This document shows, one piece after another, positions 10,090-21,139 of a stretch of 64,000 nucleotides of DNA. The DNA lies in the NCBI GenBank assembly GCA_027021705.1, contig JALUTT010000077.1, positions 62,586 through 126,585 of the forward strand, read 5' to 3'. How positions within the stretch are numbered: position 1 is the first letter of the stretch; each line of letters begins with the position of its first letter. The stretch comes from Anaerolineae bacterium (GTDB taxonomy: Bacteria; Chloroflexota; Anaerolineae; S140-20). The translations under genes and the position numbers were made by a program. Below the pieces are notes generated by a model. That model made no database searches, was not told where the DNA came from, and saw nothing but the letters and a program-made list of their open reading frames with translations.

Positions 10090-11928
10090 ATGAACACATA
10101 CATCTTCACGCCTCCGGCGCTCCTGATGGCCGCTCTCTCCGGCCTGATGGGTGGTCTGGCCTTCTACGCCTTCCGTCGCCGCCAGGAGCAACCCGGCATC
10201 CTCTACTTCGTGGGTCTGATGGCGGCCCTGGCGTGGTGGATGGGTGGGCTCTCCCTGGAGGTTTCCAGCCTTTCCCCCAAGACCGCTCTCTTCTGGGCCA
10301 GAGCCGAGTACCTGGGGATCAGCTTCATCGGACCGCTCTGGTTTCTCTTCGCCCTCCAGTACGCCGAGCACCACCGGCCCCTTCCCCGCTGGCTTGTTCT
10401 GCTCGTCTTGGGCTCCGGTCTCCTCAGTCTGTTGGGGGCGTGGACGAACGACTGGCACCGCCTCTGGTGGATCGAGGTCCGGTTCAACCGCGACGTCGGT
10501 CCGCTGTTGGTGATGGACGCCCGCTACGGTCCTCTCTTCTGGGCTCACGCGGTGATCGCGTACGGCTACGTCCTCGCCGGCGACCTGATCTACTTGGCCG
10601 CTTTCCTGCGGGCAGGCCCCCTTTATCGCTACCAGGCCAGCCTGATCCTCGTCGCCGCTTTCATCCCCCTCCTGGCCAACATCGCCTACGTCCTCCGTTG
10701 GATCAACGGCATCCCGGCCCTGCTCCTGACAGCCTTCAGCTTTGCTCTGATGGGGGGGATGATGCTTTACGGGCTGCTCCGCTATCGCCTGCTGGAGGTC
10801 CTGCCCATCGCCCGCTGGGCGGTGGTAGACCACCTGCCCGACGGTATCCTGGTGGTGGACCCGGCTTCCCGGATCGTGGACCTGAATCCGGCGGCGCGAC
10901 GGTTGGGCGGGATGGTCCGGCGAGAGCCCCTGGGACAGCCGCTGGAGCAGGCCATCCAGCCCCCCTCTCTGGCCCAGGCGCTGGCGGAGGCCTGCCGGAG
11001 AGCTGCGACCCAGCCCGTGGAAGGGGAGGTCCGGTTGGAGCGTTCGACGGGTCTACAGGTTCTCCAATACACTGCCCACCCCTTCTGTGATCGCCGGGGA
11101 CGCCTGCTGGGCCGCATCTTGATCCTGCGGGACATCACCGCCCGGGTGCAGGCGGAGGATGCGCTGCGCCAGCGCAGCGAGGAGTTGGATGCCTTCGCCC
11201 GCACCATCGCCCACGATCTGAAGGCTCCCCTGGCCACCGTGCGGGGGTACGTGGGGGTCCTGATCGAGGACTATGGCTCTCGGCTGGACGAGGAGGGGCG
11301 TCGCCTCCTGGCCCGGGTCGAGGAGGGGGCGAACCGGATGGCCCGGATGATCGAGGACCTGCTGCTCTTGGCCCGTGCCGCCCGGGTTGAGGGGCCGATG
11401 GAGCCGGTGGACGTGGGTGAGGCGATCTACACCGCCCTCCTTGGCCTGGAGCGGGCCATTGCAGAGCGCCGTATCCTCCTGACCATTGCGCCGGAACTCC
11501 CCACCGCGCTGGGCCATCCCGCCTGGGTGGAGCAGGTCTTCTCCAACCTTCTGGACAATGCCATCAAGTACATCGGCGAGGAGAACCCGGCCCCCCGCGT
11601 GGAGGTGGGCGGCGAGCTGGTCGTCACCCAATCAGCCGAGGGGGAGGTTCGGGAGGCCCGCTTCTGGATCCGGGATAATGGCATCGGGATCGCCCCGGAG
11701 GATCAGGAGCGCATCTTCCAGCCCTTCACCCGCCTGCTGCACAACCACCGGGGGGGCGTCGGGTTGGGCCTGGCCATCGTTCGCCGGGCTGTGGCTCAGA
11801 TGGGGGGACGGGTCTGGGTGGAGAGCGAGGTAGGGCAGGGGAGCACCTTCTACGTCGCGCTACCGACGGTCTCCTCGTACCGCGAGGGATGCGGGAACGA
11901 GGATCGGTCCCACGACGGGACCGCCTGA
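10090..11928 (+). CDS. HisKA_7TM + PAS sensor histidine kinase
   Basis: 7TM N-terminus, PAS (PDGILVVD...LNPAA), AHDLKAPL, NAIKY, DNGIGI, GVGLGL; ATG 10090 lies right after the upstream stop. Confidence 0.9.
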   Translation: MNTYIFTPPALLMAALSGLMGGLAFYAFRRRQEQPGILYFVGLMAALAWWMGGLSLEVSSLSPKTALFWARAEYLGISFIGPLWFLFALQYAEHHRPLPRWLVLLVLGSGLLSLLGAWTNDWHRLWWIEVRFNRDVGPLLVMDARYGPLFWAHAVIAYGYVLAGDLIYLAAFLRAGPLYRYQASLILVAAFIPLLANIAYVLRWINGIPALLLTAFSFALMGGMMLYGLLRYRLLEVLPIARWAVVDHLPDGILVVDPASRIVDLNPAARRLGGMVRREPLGQPLEQAIQPPSLAQALAEACRRAATQPVEGEVRLERSTGLQVLQYTAHPFCDRRGRLLGRILILRDITARVQAEDALRQRSEELDAFARTIAHDLKAPLATVRGYVGVLIEDYGSRLDEEGRRLLARVEEGANRMARMIEDLLLLARAARVEGPMEPVDVGEAIYTALLGLERAIAERRILLTIAPELPTALGHPAWVEQVFSNLLDNAIKYIGEENPAPRVEVGGELVVTQSAEGEVREARFWIRDNGIGIAPEDQERIFQPFTRLLHNHRGGVGLGLAIVRRAVAQMGGRVWVESEVGQGSTFYVALPTVSSYREGCGNEDRSHDGTA

Positions 11929-11948
11929 GAATGTGGAGGAGGAGCAGA

Positions 11949-12929
11949 ATGGAGTACGTCAACCTTGGCCGCAGCGGCCTCAAGGTCTCCCGCATCTGTC
12001 TGGGAACGCTGAGCTATGGCACGCCGGCGTGGCGGGATTGGGTCCTGCCGGAAGAGGAGAGCCGCCCTTTCATCAAGCGAGCCTTGGAACTGGGAATCAA
12101 CTTCTTCGACACCGCCGATATGTACTCCCAGGGTGTGAGCGAGGAGATCCTGGGCCGGGCGCTGCGGGATTTCGCCCGGCGGGAGGAGGTGGTCATCGCC
12201 ACCAAGGTCTACTTCCCCACCGGCGAAGGGCCCAACCAGCGCGGCCTCTCCCGCAAGCACATCATGGACGCGGTGGACGCCTCGCTGCGGCGGCTGGGCA
12301 CCGATTACATTGACCTCTACCAGATCCACCGCTGGGATTACGAAACGCCCATCGAGGAGACGCTGGAGACCCTGCACGACCTGGTCAGGATGGGCAAGGT
12401 GCGCTACATCGGGGCCTCCAGCATGTACGCCTGGCAGTTCGCCAAGGCTCTCTACCTGGCCGATATGCACGGCTGGACCCGCTTCGTCTCGATGCAGAAC
12501 CACTACAACCTGGTCTACCGGGAGGAGGAGCGGGAGATGCTGCCCCTCTGCCGGGCGGAAGGGGTGGGCGTCATCCCCTGGAGCCCTCTGGCCCGGGGCT
12601 TCCTGGCCGGTAACCGTTCCAAGCAGGGCGGTGGCGAGACGAAACGGGCGCGGAGCGACGAGTTCGCCCATCGGATGTACTATCAGGAGGCCGACTTCCG
12701 GGTGGTGGATCGGGTGGTGGAACTCGCCCGACGTCGAGGGGTCACGCCGGCCCAGATCGCCCTGGCCTGGCTGCTCCACCAGCCGGGTGTCACCGCGCCC
12801 ATCGTCGGGGCGACCAAGATCTCCCACCTGGAGCAGGCGGTCGCCGCCCTGGAGATTCGGCTCTCCCCGGAGGAGTGCGCCTACCTAGAGGAGCCTTATC
12901 AACCCCATCCGGTGTTGGGGCATGAGTGA
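11949..12929 (+). CDS. Aldo/keto reductase
   Basis: MEYVNLGRSGLKVSRICLG, FFDTADMY, ATK, DLYQIH, PWSPLARG; GGAGGAGG RBS. Confidence 0.93.
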   Translation: MEYVNLGRSGLKVSRICLGTLSYGTPAWRDWVLPEEESRPFIKRALELGINFFDTADMYSQGVSEEILGRALRDFARREEVVIATKVYFPTGEGPNQRGLSRKHIMDAVDASLRRLGTDYIDLYQIHRWDYETPIEETLETLHDLVRMGKVRYIGASSMYAWQFAKALYLADMHGWTRFVSMQNHYNLVYREEEREMLPLCRAEGVGVIPWSPLARGFLAGNRSKQGGGETKRARSDEFAHRMYYQEADFRVVDRVVELARRRGVTPAQIALAWLLHQPGVTAPIVGATKISHLEQAVAALEIRLSPEECAYLEEPYQPHPVLGHE

Positions 12930-12954
12930 CAGCCTGGTGCGTGTGTGGTATAAT
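12926..12954 (+). promoter_or_regulatory. Sigma70-type promoter of guaB
   Basis: GTGACA-N17-TATAAT with extended -10 TG. Confidence 0.6.
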
Positions 12955-12987
12955 CCGGTCTGCCTGTGCCCTGTACGACCGATCTGA

Positions 12988-14517
<1,530 letters not shown>

Positions 14518-14522
14518 TTGGT

Positions 14523-14671
14523 CGGTGATCATTGGGGGTAGGGAGATGAGCCGTCCACGAATGGGGCGCGAATACACGAATGAAAACGGAACTGCCCCAT
14601 TCGTGCATTCGTGAGAGATTCGTGGACGGCCTGCTACGGACTACCCTCTCGCTCACTCGTGGGCAATCGCC
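14523..14671 (+). mobile_element. Degenerate copy of the 155-bp MITE-like element (CACGAAT/ATTCGTG hairpin core)
   Basis: Aligns along its length with the reverse complement of 32006-32160; ends cggtgat.../...tgggcaatcgcc. Confidence 0.6.
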
Positions 14672-14683
14672 AATGATTTACGC

Positions 14684-14712
14684 TTGAAATCTGGCCCCTT
14701 TTGTGGTATAGT
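14684..14712 (+). promoter_or_regulatory. Sigma70-type promoter
   Basis: TTGAAA-N17-TATAGT with extended -10 TG. Confidence 0.55.
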
Positions 14713-14830
14713 GGCACTGTGCTTGGCCGGGTGCTCCAACCGACGGCTCGTCTGTCGGAGGTGGGGGGGCCTGGAGATGGGCTATTGCAGCGACGACGGT
14801 GCTCGGTCCAATAGACGAGGATAGAGGGCG

Positions 14831-16774
14831 ATGACGAAGAAGACGGCAGGTCTGATCCTCTTCCTGATGGCCTTGGCTGGCCTGCTCCTGCTCGCCGGGC
14901 AGGCTGCTGAAGCGGGTCCCCGGATCCACCCCCCTCCCCGTCCCCTGTTTCAGGTCAACGAGACAGAGCCCAACGACTCTTTCAGCGACGCCGATAATGT
15001 GGGGGATTTCACACCGGGCCAGATTATCAGCGGGACGCTGAACCCGGCGGGTGAGGACGATTTCTTCCGCTTCGCCGTCACCCCGGGCCGTCAGTACCGG
15101 GCCGAACTCCGTCCTCTGACCGTCTCCAAGCTGGAGATGGAGATATACTTTTCCAGCCAGGCCCTGTCTGACAGTACAGGTCCCTCTGGTAGTACGATGG
15201 AGATCTTCTGGACGGCATCGGATTCCCTCTACTACATCCGGGTTTTTAACGATGGCTCCAGCAGTGGCACCTACCGCCTCTTCGTCTCCGAGGTGGGGAC
15301 GACGCCCACCCCGACGAACACCCCCACGCCCTCTCCCACCCCGACCCCCACACCGACCGACGCCTGGGATGCCTACGAGCCCAACAACGGGCTGGACCTG
15401 GCGGATCCCGATCCCAACAAGCGTCCTAGGGATGTCTCCCTGGGTCAGACGCTGGAGAACCTCAACTTCTGGCCCTTCGGGGCCAAGACGGAGGCTGAGG
15501 CCAACGATCCGGCCCGCCGGGATGTAGACGTCTTCCGCATCTGGTGCAAGCCGGGCCACCGCTGCCGGGCAGCCACCGAGGTCACCTCCGGTGTAGACAC
15601 CCGCATCCGCATCTACGCCGACACGGCCATCACCGTCACCGATCCCATCGTCGCCGAGAACGATGACCGGGCTCCCAACGACCTGGGCTCCGATGTGACC
15701 TGGACCTCCAGTGGCAGCGGTTTTTACAAGGTTTACGTGGAGAACCTGGATGGTTCCCCCCGCACGATGACGGGCCAGACCTACAAGCTGGTGCTGGAGG
15801 ACGTGTCACCCACGGCTACGCCAACGCCGACCCAGACACCGACACCGAGCCCCGGCCCTTCGGCCACGCCCACCTCCGGCCCCACGGCCAACCCTTACGT
15901 GGACGACTACGAGCCCAACTACGACTTTGACCACGCGGCCGTCATCGGCCTGGGAGAACGGATCACCGGCCTGAACTTCGCGCCCTGGGGTGGGGCGACC
16001 GAGGACAATGACTTCTACAAAGTCTGGGTAAAGCCGGGACTCCTCTATGTCTGCGAGACCTTTATGAAAAGTCCGGGGACGGACACCAATATGATCCTTT
16101 ACGACGCCAACCGTAACGGCATCGCCGGCAACGACGACAAGGCCCCGGGCGACTACGGCAGCAAGGTCTCCTACTTCTCCACCTACCAGGGCTACCTCTA
16201 CATCCTGATCGGCCAGGTGGGCGGTGTCCGGCCCGAGGAAGGGAAGGACCGGGTCTACGACCTGGAGTGCCGCATTGTTGTGCCGGGAACGCCGACGCCG
16301 ACGCCGACATCCCGGGTCAGACCTTCACCCACGCCTTCGCCGGCCCGGCCCACGGCCACATCCACCCCGGCCCTGCCTCCGACGGCTACCCCTCAGGAGG
16401 GCCAGACGCTCTCCCTCCGCCCACTGATAACCCCCACGCCGCCGCCGGCGACGGCGGGCACCTCCGTCCCGGGCTCCCCTACGCCCTCCCTGCTGACCAT
16501 CGAGATCCTGCTCTACTACGATGGCAACCGGGATGGGAAGCCCGACACGGGGGAGGGGATCACCTCCATCCCCGTCTACGCCTACGATGCGACGACCAAC
16601 GAGCGGCTGGCCCGGGGGTACACCGATGCGTCCGGCTACCTACGCTTCACCGTGCCGGCCTCAGAGGCCGTGCGGATCAGCATCCCCTTCTTTAGCTTCA
16701 GCCAGATTGTGGCTGCCGATGCCAGCATCGAAGTGCGCATCGCGCCACCACCACCGCCAGGGGGAAGTCCCTGA
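14831..16774 (+). CDS. Secreted protein with pre-peptidase C-terminal (PPC)-like domains and Pro/Thr linkers
   Basis: Signal peptide; three E-x-EPN(D/N)...D-x-D-F/Y-F modules; PTPT linkers; C-terminal DGNRDG motif. Confidence 0.75.
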   Translation: MTKKTAGLILFLMALAGLLLLAGQAAEAGPRIHPPPRPLFQVNETEPNDSFSDADNVGDFTPGQIISGTLNPAGEDDFFRFAVTPGRQYRAELRPLTVSKLEMEIYFSSQALSDSTGPSGSTMEIFWTASDSLYYIRVFNDGSSSGTYRLFVSEVGTTPTPTNTPTPSPTPTPTPTDAWDAYEPNNGLDLADPDPNKRPRDVSLGQTLENLNFWPFGAKTEAEANDPARRDVDVFRIWCKPGHRCRAATEVTSGVDTRIRIYADTAITVTDPIVAENDDRAPNDLGSDVTWTSSGSGFYKVYVENLDGSPRTMTGQTYKLVLEDVSPTATPTPTQTPTPSPGPSATPTSGPTANPYVDDYEPNYDFDHAAVIGLGERITGLNFAPWGGATEDNDFYKVWVKPGLLYVCETFMKSPGTDTNMILYDANRNGIAGNDDKAPGDYGSKVSYFSTYQGYLYILIGQVGGVRPEEGKDRVYDLECRIVVPGTPTPTPTSRVRPSPTPSPARPTATSTPALPPTATPQEGQTLSLRPLITPTPPPATAGTSVPGSPTPSLLTIEILLYYDGNRDGKPDTGEGITSIPVYAYDATTNERLARGYTDASGYLRFTVPASEAVRISIPFFSFSQIVAADASIEVRIAPPPPPGGSP

Positions 16775-18303
16775 TGAGTTCAAAGCCATCGCCTTCCCAT
16801 CCCTCTGAGTCGCTTCCGGGATCCGGCCCCACGACCCCACCTCCCCGACGCCCCACACCGTCGGGCCGACCGCCCAAGAAACCACCTCAGAGACGAAGTC
16901 CTGCCGCCATTCTAGGGACCGGAGAGCGGCGCGCGAAGCTGCTGCTGTTGGGCGGGATCGTTGCTCTGCTGCTCCTCACCCTGTTGGTCTGCTGGGCAGG
17001 CTGGCGCTTAACCCGTCGCCTGCGGGGGGAGGAGCTTCCGCCTACCTTGGTCCCCATCGCCAGCCCCCGTCCGACATCCACCCCGGCCTTCCAGGAGGTC
17101 CCCGAACCCCTGGCCTCGCCGATGGTCGTCCCGCTGGTGAGCAGCCAGGATGTGCGGACCGCCCCCGCCATCCCGATGACCCTGCGCGTGAACGGGCGCG
17201 TCTTCCCCATCGAGCCCGACTACGAGGCTGGGACTGACTGGCCCGCCCCCCCCGCCGTCCCGGAGCAGGCCCGGTGGGCCTCCGGGACCTTGGTCAACTA
17301 CCTGATCGGCTTAGCCCCTGACGAGGAGAACCGGGCGTTGCTGGAGGGGCTAGAGGAAGGGAGCGAACTGACGCTGGAGATGAGTACGGGGGTGCGACTG
17401 CGCTTCCAGGTTCAGGAGCCTGCCCGCCCACCCGAGGACGAACGGCTTCTCTTTGCCCAGAACAGGCCGGGCCTGACGCTGGTACTGCTTGCCGAGGAGC
17501 CTCAAGAGCGGCTGGTGGTAACGGCCGGCTATGCCGGCGAAGAGACCTCCCTACCCCCAGAGTTGGTGACGGCCCCGCAAGGAGAGGTGGGTGAGCAGGT
17601 CCAGACGACCAGCGTGCGGGTCAGCGTGTTGGAGACGCGGGTGGTACGGGCGGCTGAGGCTGGTCTACCTCCCGGTAGCGCCTATTACCTGGTGGACTTC
17701 TCCGTGGAGAACATCGGTCGGCAGGTGCTGGATCCCAACTTCTTCCAGATGGAACTGCGGGATGGGGCGGGGAATGTCTACCCCCTCACCCTCTCCGCCA
17801 ACCAGTTCGCCAACTACGGCTTGCCTACGGACCCCTTAAAGCCCGGCGAGACGGTCATCGGATCCGCCGGCTACCTGATCCCTGAACGCCTTCCCACCGA
17901 AGAACTGCGCTGGACCTTCAACCCGCTGCCGGGATCCAACCAGTGGATCCAGGTCTTGCTCCCCTACGCCACCCCAACTCCGGCGCCCACCTCCCCCCCG
18001 GCGGTGGGTTATGCCGAAGTCTACCTGGATGACGCCTTCCTCTCGAAGGATGGGGAACTGCTCATCGTCGAAGGGGAGGTATACAACCCATCGTCGGCTC
18101 CGGTCACGCTGGAGGCCGAAGCGATCCGGCTCAGTTCCAGTGCCGGAGTGGCCGACCTGGTGAGCACTGCGCCTCTGCTCCCCATCACCATCGCGCCGGG
18201 GGACTCCCAGATCATCGAGCTTCAGTTCCAACGGCCGGCAGCCGACAGCGCCGTCTTGGAGATCCTGGGCTACGCCTTCGAGATCAGCGGATTGGGGCCA
18301 TAA
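16774..18303 (+). CDS. Membrane-anchored DUF4352-like (Ig-fold) protein
   Basis: One TM helix; YLVDFSVENIG...FQMELRDGAGNVY...LKPGETV pattern; TGATG coupling to the upstream gene. Confidence 0.65.
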   Translation: MSSKPSPSHPSESLPGSGPTTPPPRRPTPSGRPPKKPPQRRSPAAILGTGERRAKLLLLGGIVALLLLTLLVCWAGWRLTRRLRGEELPPTLVPIASPRPTSTPAFQEVPEPLASPMVVPLVSSQDVRTAPAIPMTLRVNGRVFPIEPDYEAGTDWPAPPAVPEQARWASGTLVNYLIGLAPDEENRALLEGLEEGSELTLEMSTGVRLRFQVQEPARPPEDERLLFAQNRPGLTLVLLAEEPQERLVVTAGYAGEETSLPPELVTAPQGEVGEQVQTTSVRVSVLETRVVRAAEAGLPPGSAYYLVDFSVENIGRQVLDPNFFQMELRDGAGNVYPLTLSANQFANYGLPTDPLKPGETVIGSAGYLIPERLPTEELRWTFNPLPGSNQWIQVLLPYATPTPAPTSPPAVGYAEVYLDDAFLSKDGELLIVEGEVYNPSSAPVTLEAEAIRLSSSAGVADLVSTAPLLPITIAPGDSQIIELQFQRPAADSAVLEILGYAFEISGLGP

Positions 18304-18479
18304 GCCCGTTCGGATAGAATAGGCCCATCCCCGGCCTGGGGGGGGAGAGCGGCCATTCCTTTGCTCCCACGCAGGGCGCGGGAGTGGTCTTCTCTGTTCC
18401 CAACGCTCCGGCGTGGGAACAGGCCGGGACCGATGGGGGGGCGGATCAGGCAAGGAGGAGGGGACCTCGATGGAGATTC

Positions 18480-18520
18480 AGGCACGTCAGCAACGATGCT
18501 GCTGACGTGCCTCGTTTTCT
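18480..18520 (+). terminator. Perfect 13-bp hairpin followed by a T-rich tract, upstream of cooF
   Basis: AGGCACGTCAGCA-7nt-TGCTGACGTGCCT then cgttttctt. Confidence 0.55.
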
Positions 18521-18562
18521 TGTCATCCCTCGAAGGATCCAGCCAGAAAGGAGGTGAGCTGC

Positions 18563-19126
18563 ATGGCGAAAGAGGTCTTCACCATCGTGGAGCGGTGCAT
18601 GGCCTGCAAAGCGTGCGAAATCGCCTGCGCGGTGGAGCACTCGGCGGCCAAAACCCTGTTCGGTGCCCTGCTCGAAAGCCCCCGCAGTCGCCCTCGGGTG
18701 CGGGTGCAACGGGCGATGGCTTTCAGCTACCCCGCCCGCTGTATGCACTGCGAAGATGCCCCCTGCATCCTCGCCTGTCCGACGGGAGCGATGCAGCGCC
18801 ATCCGGTCACCGACAGCGTCTTCGTGGACGAGGACCGCTGCATCGGCTGCTGGATGTGCGTGATGGTCTGCCCCTTCGGAGCCGTCACCGCCGACCCCAC
18901 CTACAAGAGGGCGCTCAAGTGCGACCGCTGCCCGGAGCGGGTGGAGGCCGGACGGGAGCCGGCCTGCGTGGAAGCCTGCCCTACCCACGCCCTGGTCTTC
19001 GCCTCGCCCGAGGAGATGGCGGCCATGCGCCGGGAGCCGATCGCCCAGCAGGTGGCCGCAGCGGTCACCGCCACCGAAGGGCTGAGCACCGTCCGGCTCT
19101 GGCGCTCGCTGCGGAGCTCGGCGTAG
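18563..19126 (+). CDS. cooF: CooF-like 4Fe-4S electron transfer protein
   Basis: CxxCxxCxxxC, CMHC...C...CP, CIGCWMC...CP and KCDRC...C...CP motifs; AAAGGAGGT RBS; directly upstream of cooS. Confidence 0.85.
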   Translation: MAKEVFTIVERCMACKACEIACAVEHSAAKTLFGALLESPRSRPRVRVQRAMAFSYPARCMHCEDAPCILACPTGAMQRHPVTDSVFVDEDRCIGCWMCVMVCPFGAVTADPTYKRALKCDRCPERVEAGREPACVEACPTHALVFASPEEMAAMRREPIAQQVAAAVTATEGLSTVRLWRSLRSSA

Positions 19127-19237
19127 CGCCCAGCGGGAATCTTGGGCGCTCAGGCCCTTGGAACGAGGGAGAAATACCAATGCGCGAAGGGAAGACGACC
19201 GGCTCTCGGCCTGCATTTTGTGGAAGGAGGTCTCCAG

Positions 19238-21136
19238 ATGGTCACGACCCTTGTCCCTGAATCGGAAGCCCTTTTGCTGGAGAAAGCTCGCGCCGAGGGG
19301 ATCACGACTGGGCGCGAACGGTGGTTGGCGATGTCGCCCCAGTGTGGCTTTGGAGAACTGGGCACCTGCTGCCGGATGTGCTACATGGGGCCTTGTCGCA
19401 TTGACCCCTTCGGAGACGGCCCCCAGACCGGCATCTGCGGCGCATCGCCGGACACCATTGTGGCCCGCAACCTGCTGCGGGAGTGCGTGGGCGGTGCGGC
19501 CTCCCACGTGGGCCACGCCCGCCACGTCCTGCTCACCCTGCGGGATGCCCTGGAGGGGAAAGCCCCCTACGAGATCCGCGACGAGGGCAAGCTCTTCGCC
19601 CTGGCCGCCCGATTTGGCCTCGAGACCGATGGCCGTCCGGCCAAGGAGGTGGCCCGCGAGTTGGTGGACCTGGCGTTGGAGGATTTTGGCCGCCAGAACG
19701 GGAAGCTGCACAACTGGATGCGGGCCCGAGCCCCGGCCAAGGAACTCGCCATGTGGGAGGAGCTGGGGCTGGCCTTCTCCAATCCCCACAACGAGATCGA
19801 GACCGCTATGCACCGCACCTCGATGGGGAACGACGCTGATCCGGCCAGCCTGCTGATGGCCACCCTGCGCATGGGGCTGGTGGACGGCTACGCCGGCCTT
19901 ACGCTGGCCACCGACCTGCAGGACGTGCTCTTCGGCACGCCCCAGGTGCGCAAGATCGAGGCCAACATGGGCGTGCTGGAGGAGAACAGCGTCAACCTGG
20001 CCGTCCACGGCCACAACCCTGTCCTCTCCGAGAAGGTTCTGGAATGGGCCATCAAGCTGGAGGATGAGGCCAAGGCCGCCGGAGCCGAGCGCATCAATGT
20101 GGTCGGCGTCTGCTGCACGGGGAACGAGCTGACCATGCGCCACGGCGTGCCGATGGCGGCCCACAACCTCCAGTCGGAACTGATCCTGCTCACCGGGGCC
20201 GTGGATGCGATGGTGGTGGACGTGCAGTGCATCTGGCCCCAGGCGGCTAGCCTGGCCGGCTGCTACGACACCGCCTTCATCACCACCGACGAGATGGTGC
20301 GCATCCCCGGCGCGACGCACATCGAGTTCGAGCCTCAGCACGCCGATGAGCGGGCTCAGGCCATCGTGCGGGCGGCCATCGAAGCCTTCAAGAAGCGCAA
20401 GGGGAAGCCCGTTCATATCCCCGATGTCAAGTCGGTGGGGCTGGCGGGCCTCTCCGTGGAAACCATCGTGGAAATCCTGTCCAAGGTCAACCCCGACGAT
20501 CCCTTGAAGCCGGTGATTGACAACATCGTGTCGGGGAAGATCTTCGGCGCGGCGGGCTTCGCCGGATGCCCCAGCCTCAAGTTCCGTGACACGGCTATGA
20601 CCGAGCGCATGGTCAAGGCGCTGCTTCGGGAGAACGTACTGGTCGTCACCACCGGCTGCACGGCCCACATCTGCGCCCAGGCCGGGTTCCTCACCTCGGC
20701 CGCCACGGAGGAGTACTGCGGTGAGGGGCTGAAGGCGGTGCTCACCGCCGTGGGCGAGGCGGCCGGCCTCGGTGCCCCCCTGCCCCCCGTCTGGCACATG
20801 GGCTCGTGCGTGGACAACAGCCGCATCGTGGACCTGCTGGCGGCGCTGGCGGCCAAGCTCGACGTCAAGATCAGCCAGTTGCCGGTCGCCGGCTCCGCCC
20901 CGGAGCTGGTTCAGGAGAAGGCCATCTCCATCGGCTCCTGGCTGCTGGCCCTCGGCTTGATGGTCCACGTCGCGCCGGCCCCGCGCATCCTGGGCAGCCC
21001 TGTGGTGACCCAGGTCCTGACCCACGACCTGGAGGAGATCACCGGAGGTCGGGCCTACGTGGAGTACAACCCGGAGAAGGCCGCGGCCGGCATCGTCGCC
21101 CACATCGCCAAGAAGCGAGAGGCCCTGGGGATCTGA
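19238..21136 (+). CDS. cooS: Anaerobic [NiFe] carbon monoxide dehydrogenase catalytic subunit
   Basis: CGFG...CCRMC..GPC...ICGA (D/B clusters); C-cluster motifs HGHNP, VCCTGNE, DVQC, AGC, TGC, GSCVDNSR; EKA lysine. ATG 19238 follows AAGGAGGT. Confidence 0.95.
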   Translation: MVTTLVPESEALLLEKARAEGITTGRERWLAMSPQCGFGELGTCCRMCYMGPCRIDPFGDGPQTGICGASPDTIVARNLLRECVGGAASHVGHARHVLLTLRDALEGKAPYEIRDEGKLFALAARFGLETDGRPAKEVARELVDLALEDFGRQNGKLHNWMRARAPAKELAMWEELGLAFSNPHNEIETAMHRTSMGNDADPASLLMATLRMGLVDGYAGLTLATDLQDVLFGTPQVRKIEANMGVLEENSVNLAVHGHNPVLSEKVLEWAIKLEDEAKAAGAERINVVGVCCTGNELTMRHGVPMAAHNLQSELILLTGAVDAMVVDVQCIWPQAASLAGCYDTAFITTDEMVRIPGATHIEFEPQHADERAQAIVRAAIEAFKKRKGKPVHIPDVKSVGLAGLSVETIVEILSKVNPDDPLKPVIDNIVSGKIFGAAGFAGCPSLKFRDTAMTERMVKALLRENVLVVTTGCTAHICAQAGFLTSAATEEYCGEGLKAVLTAVGEAAGLGAPLPPVWHMGSCVDNSRIVDLLAALAAKLDVKISQLPVAGSAPELVQEKAISIGSWLLALGLMVHVAPAPRILGSPVVTQVLTHDLEEITGGRAYVEYNPEKAAAGIVAHIAKKREALGI

Positions 21137-21139
21137 GCC

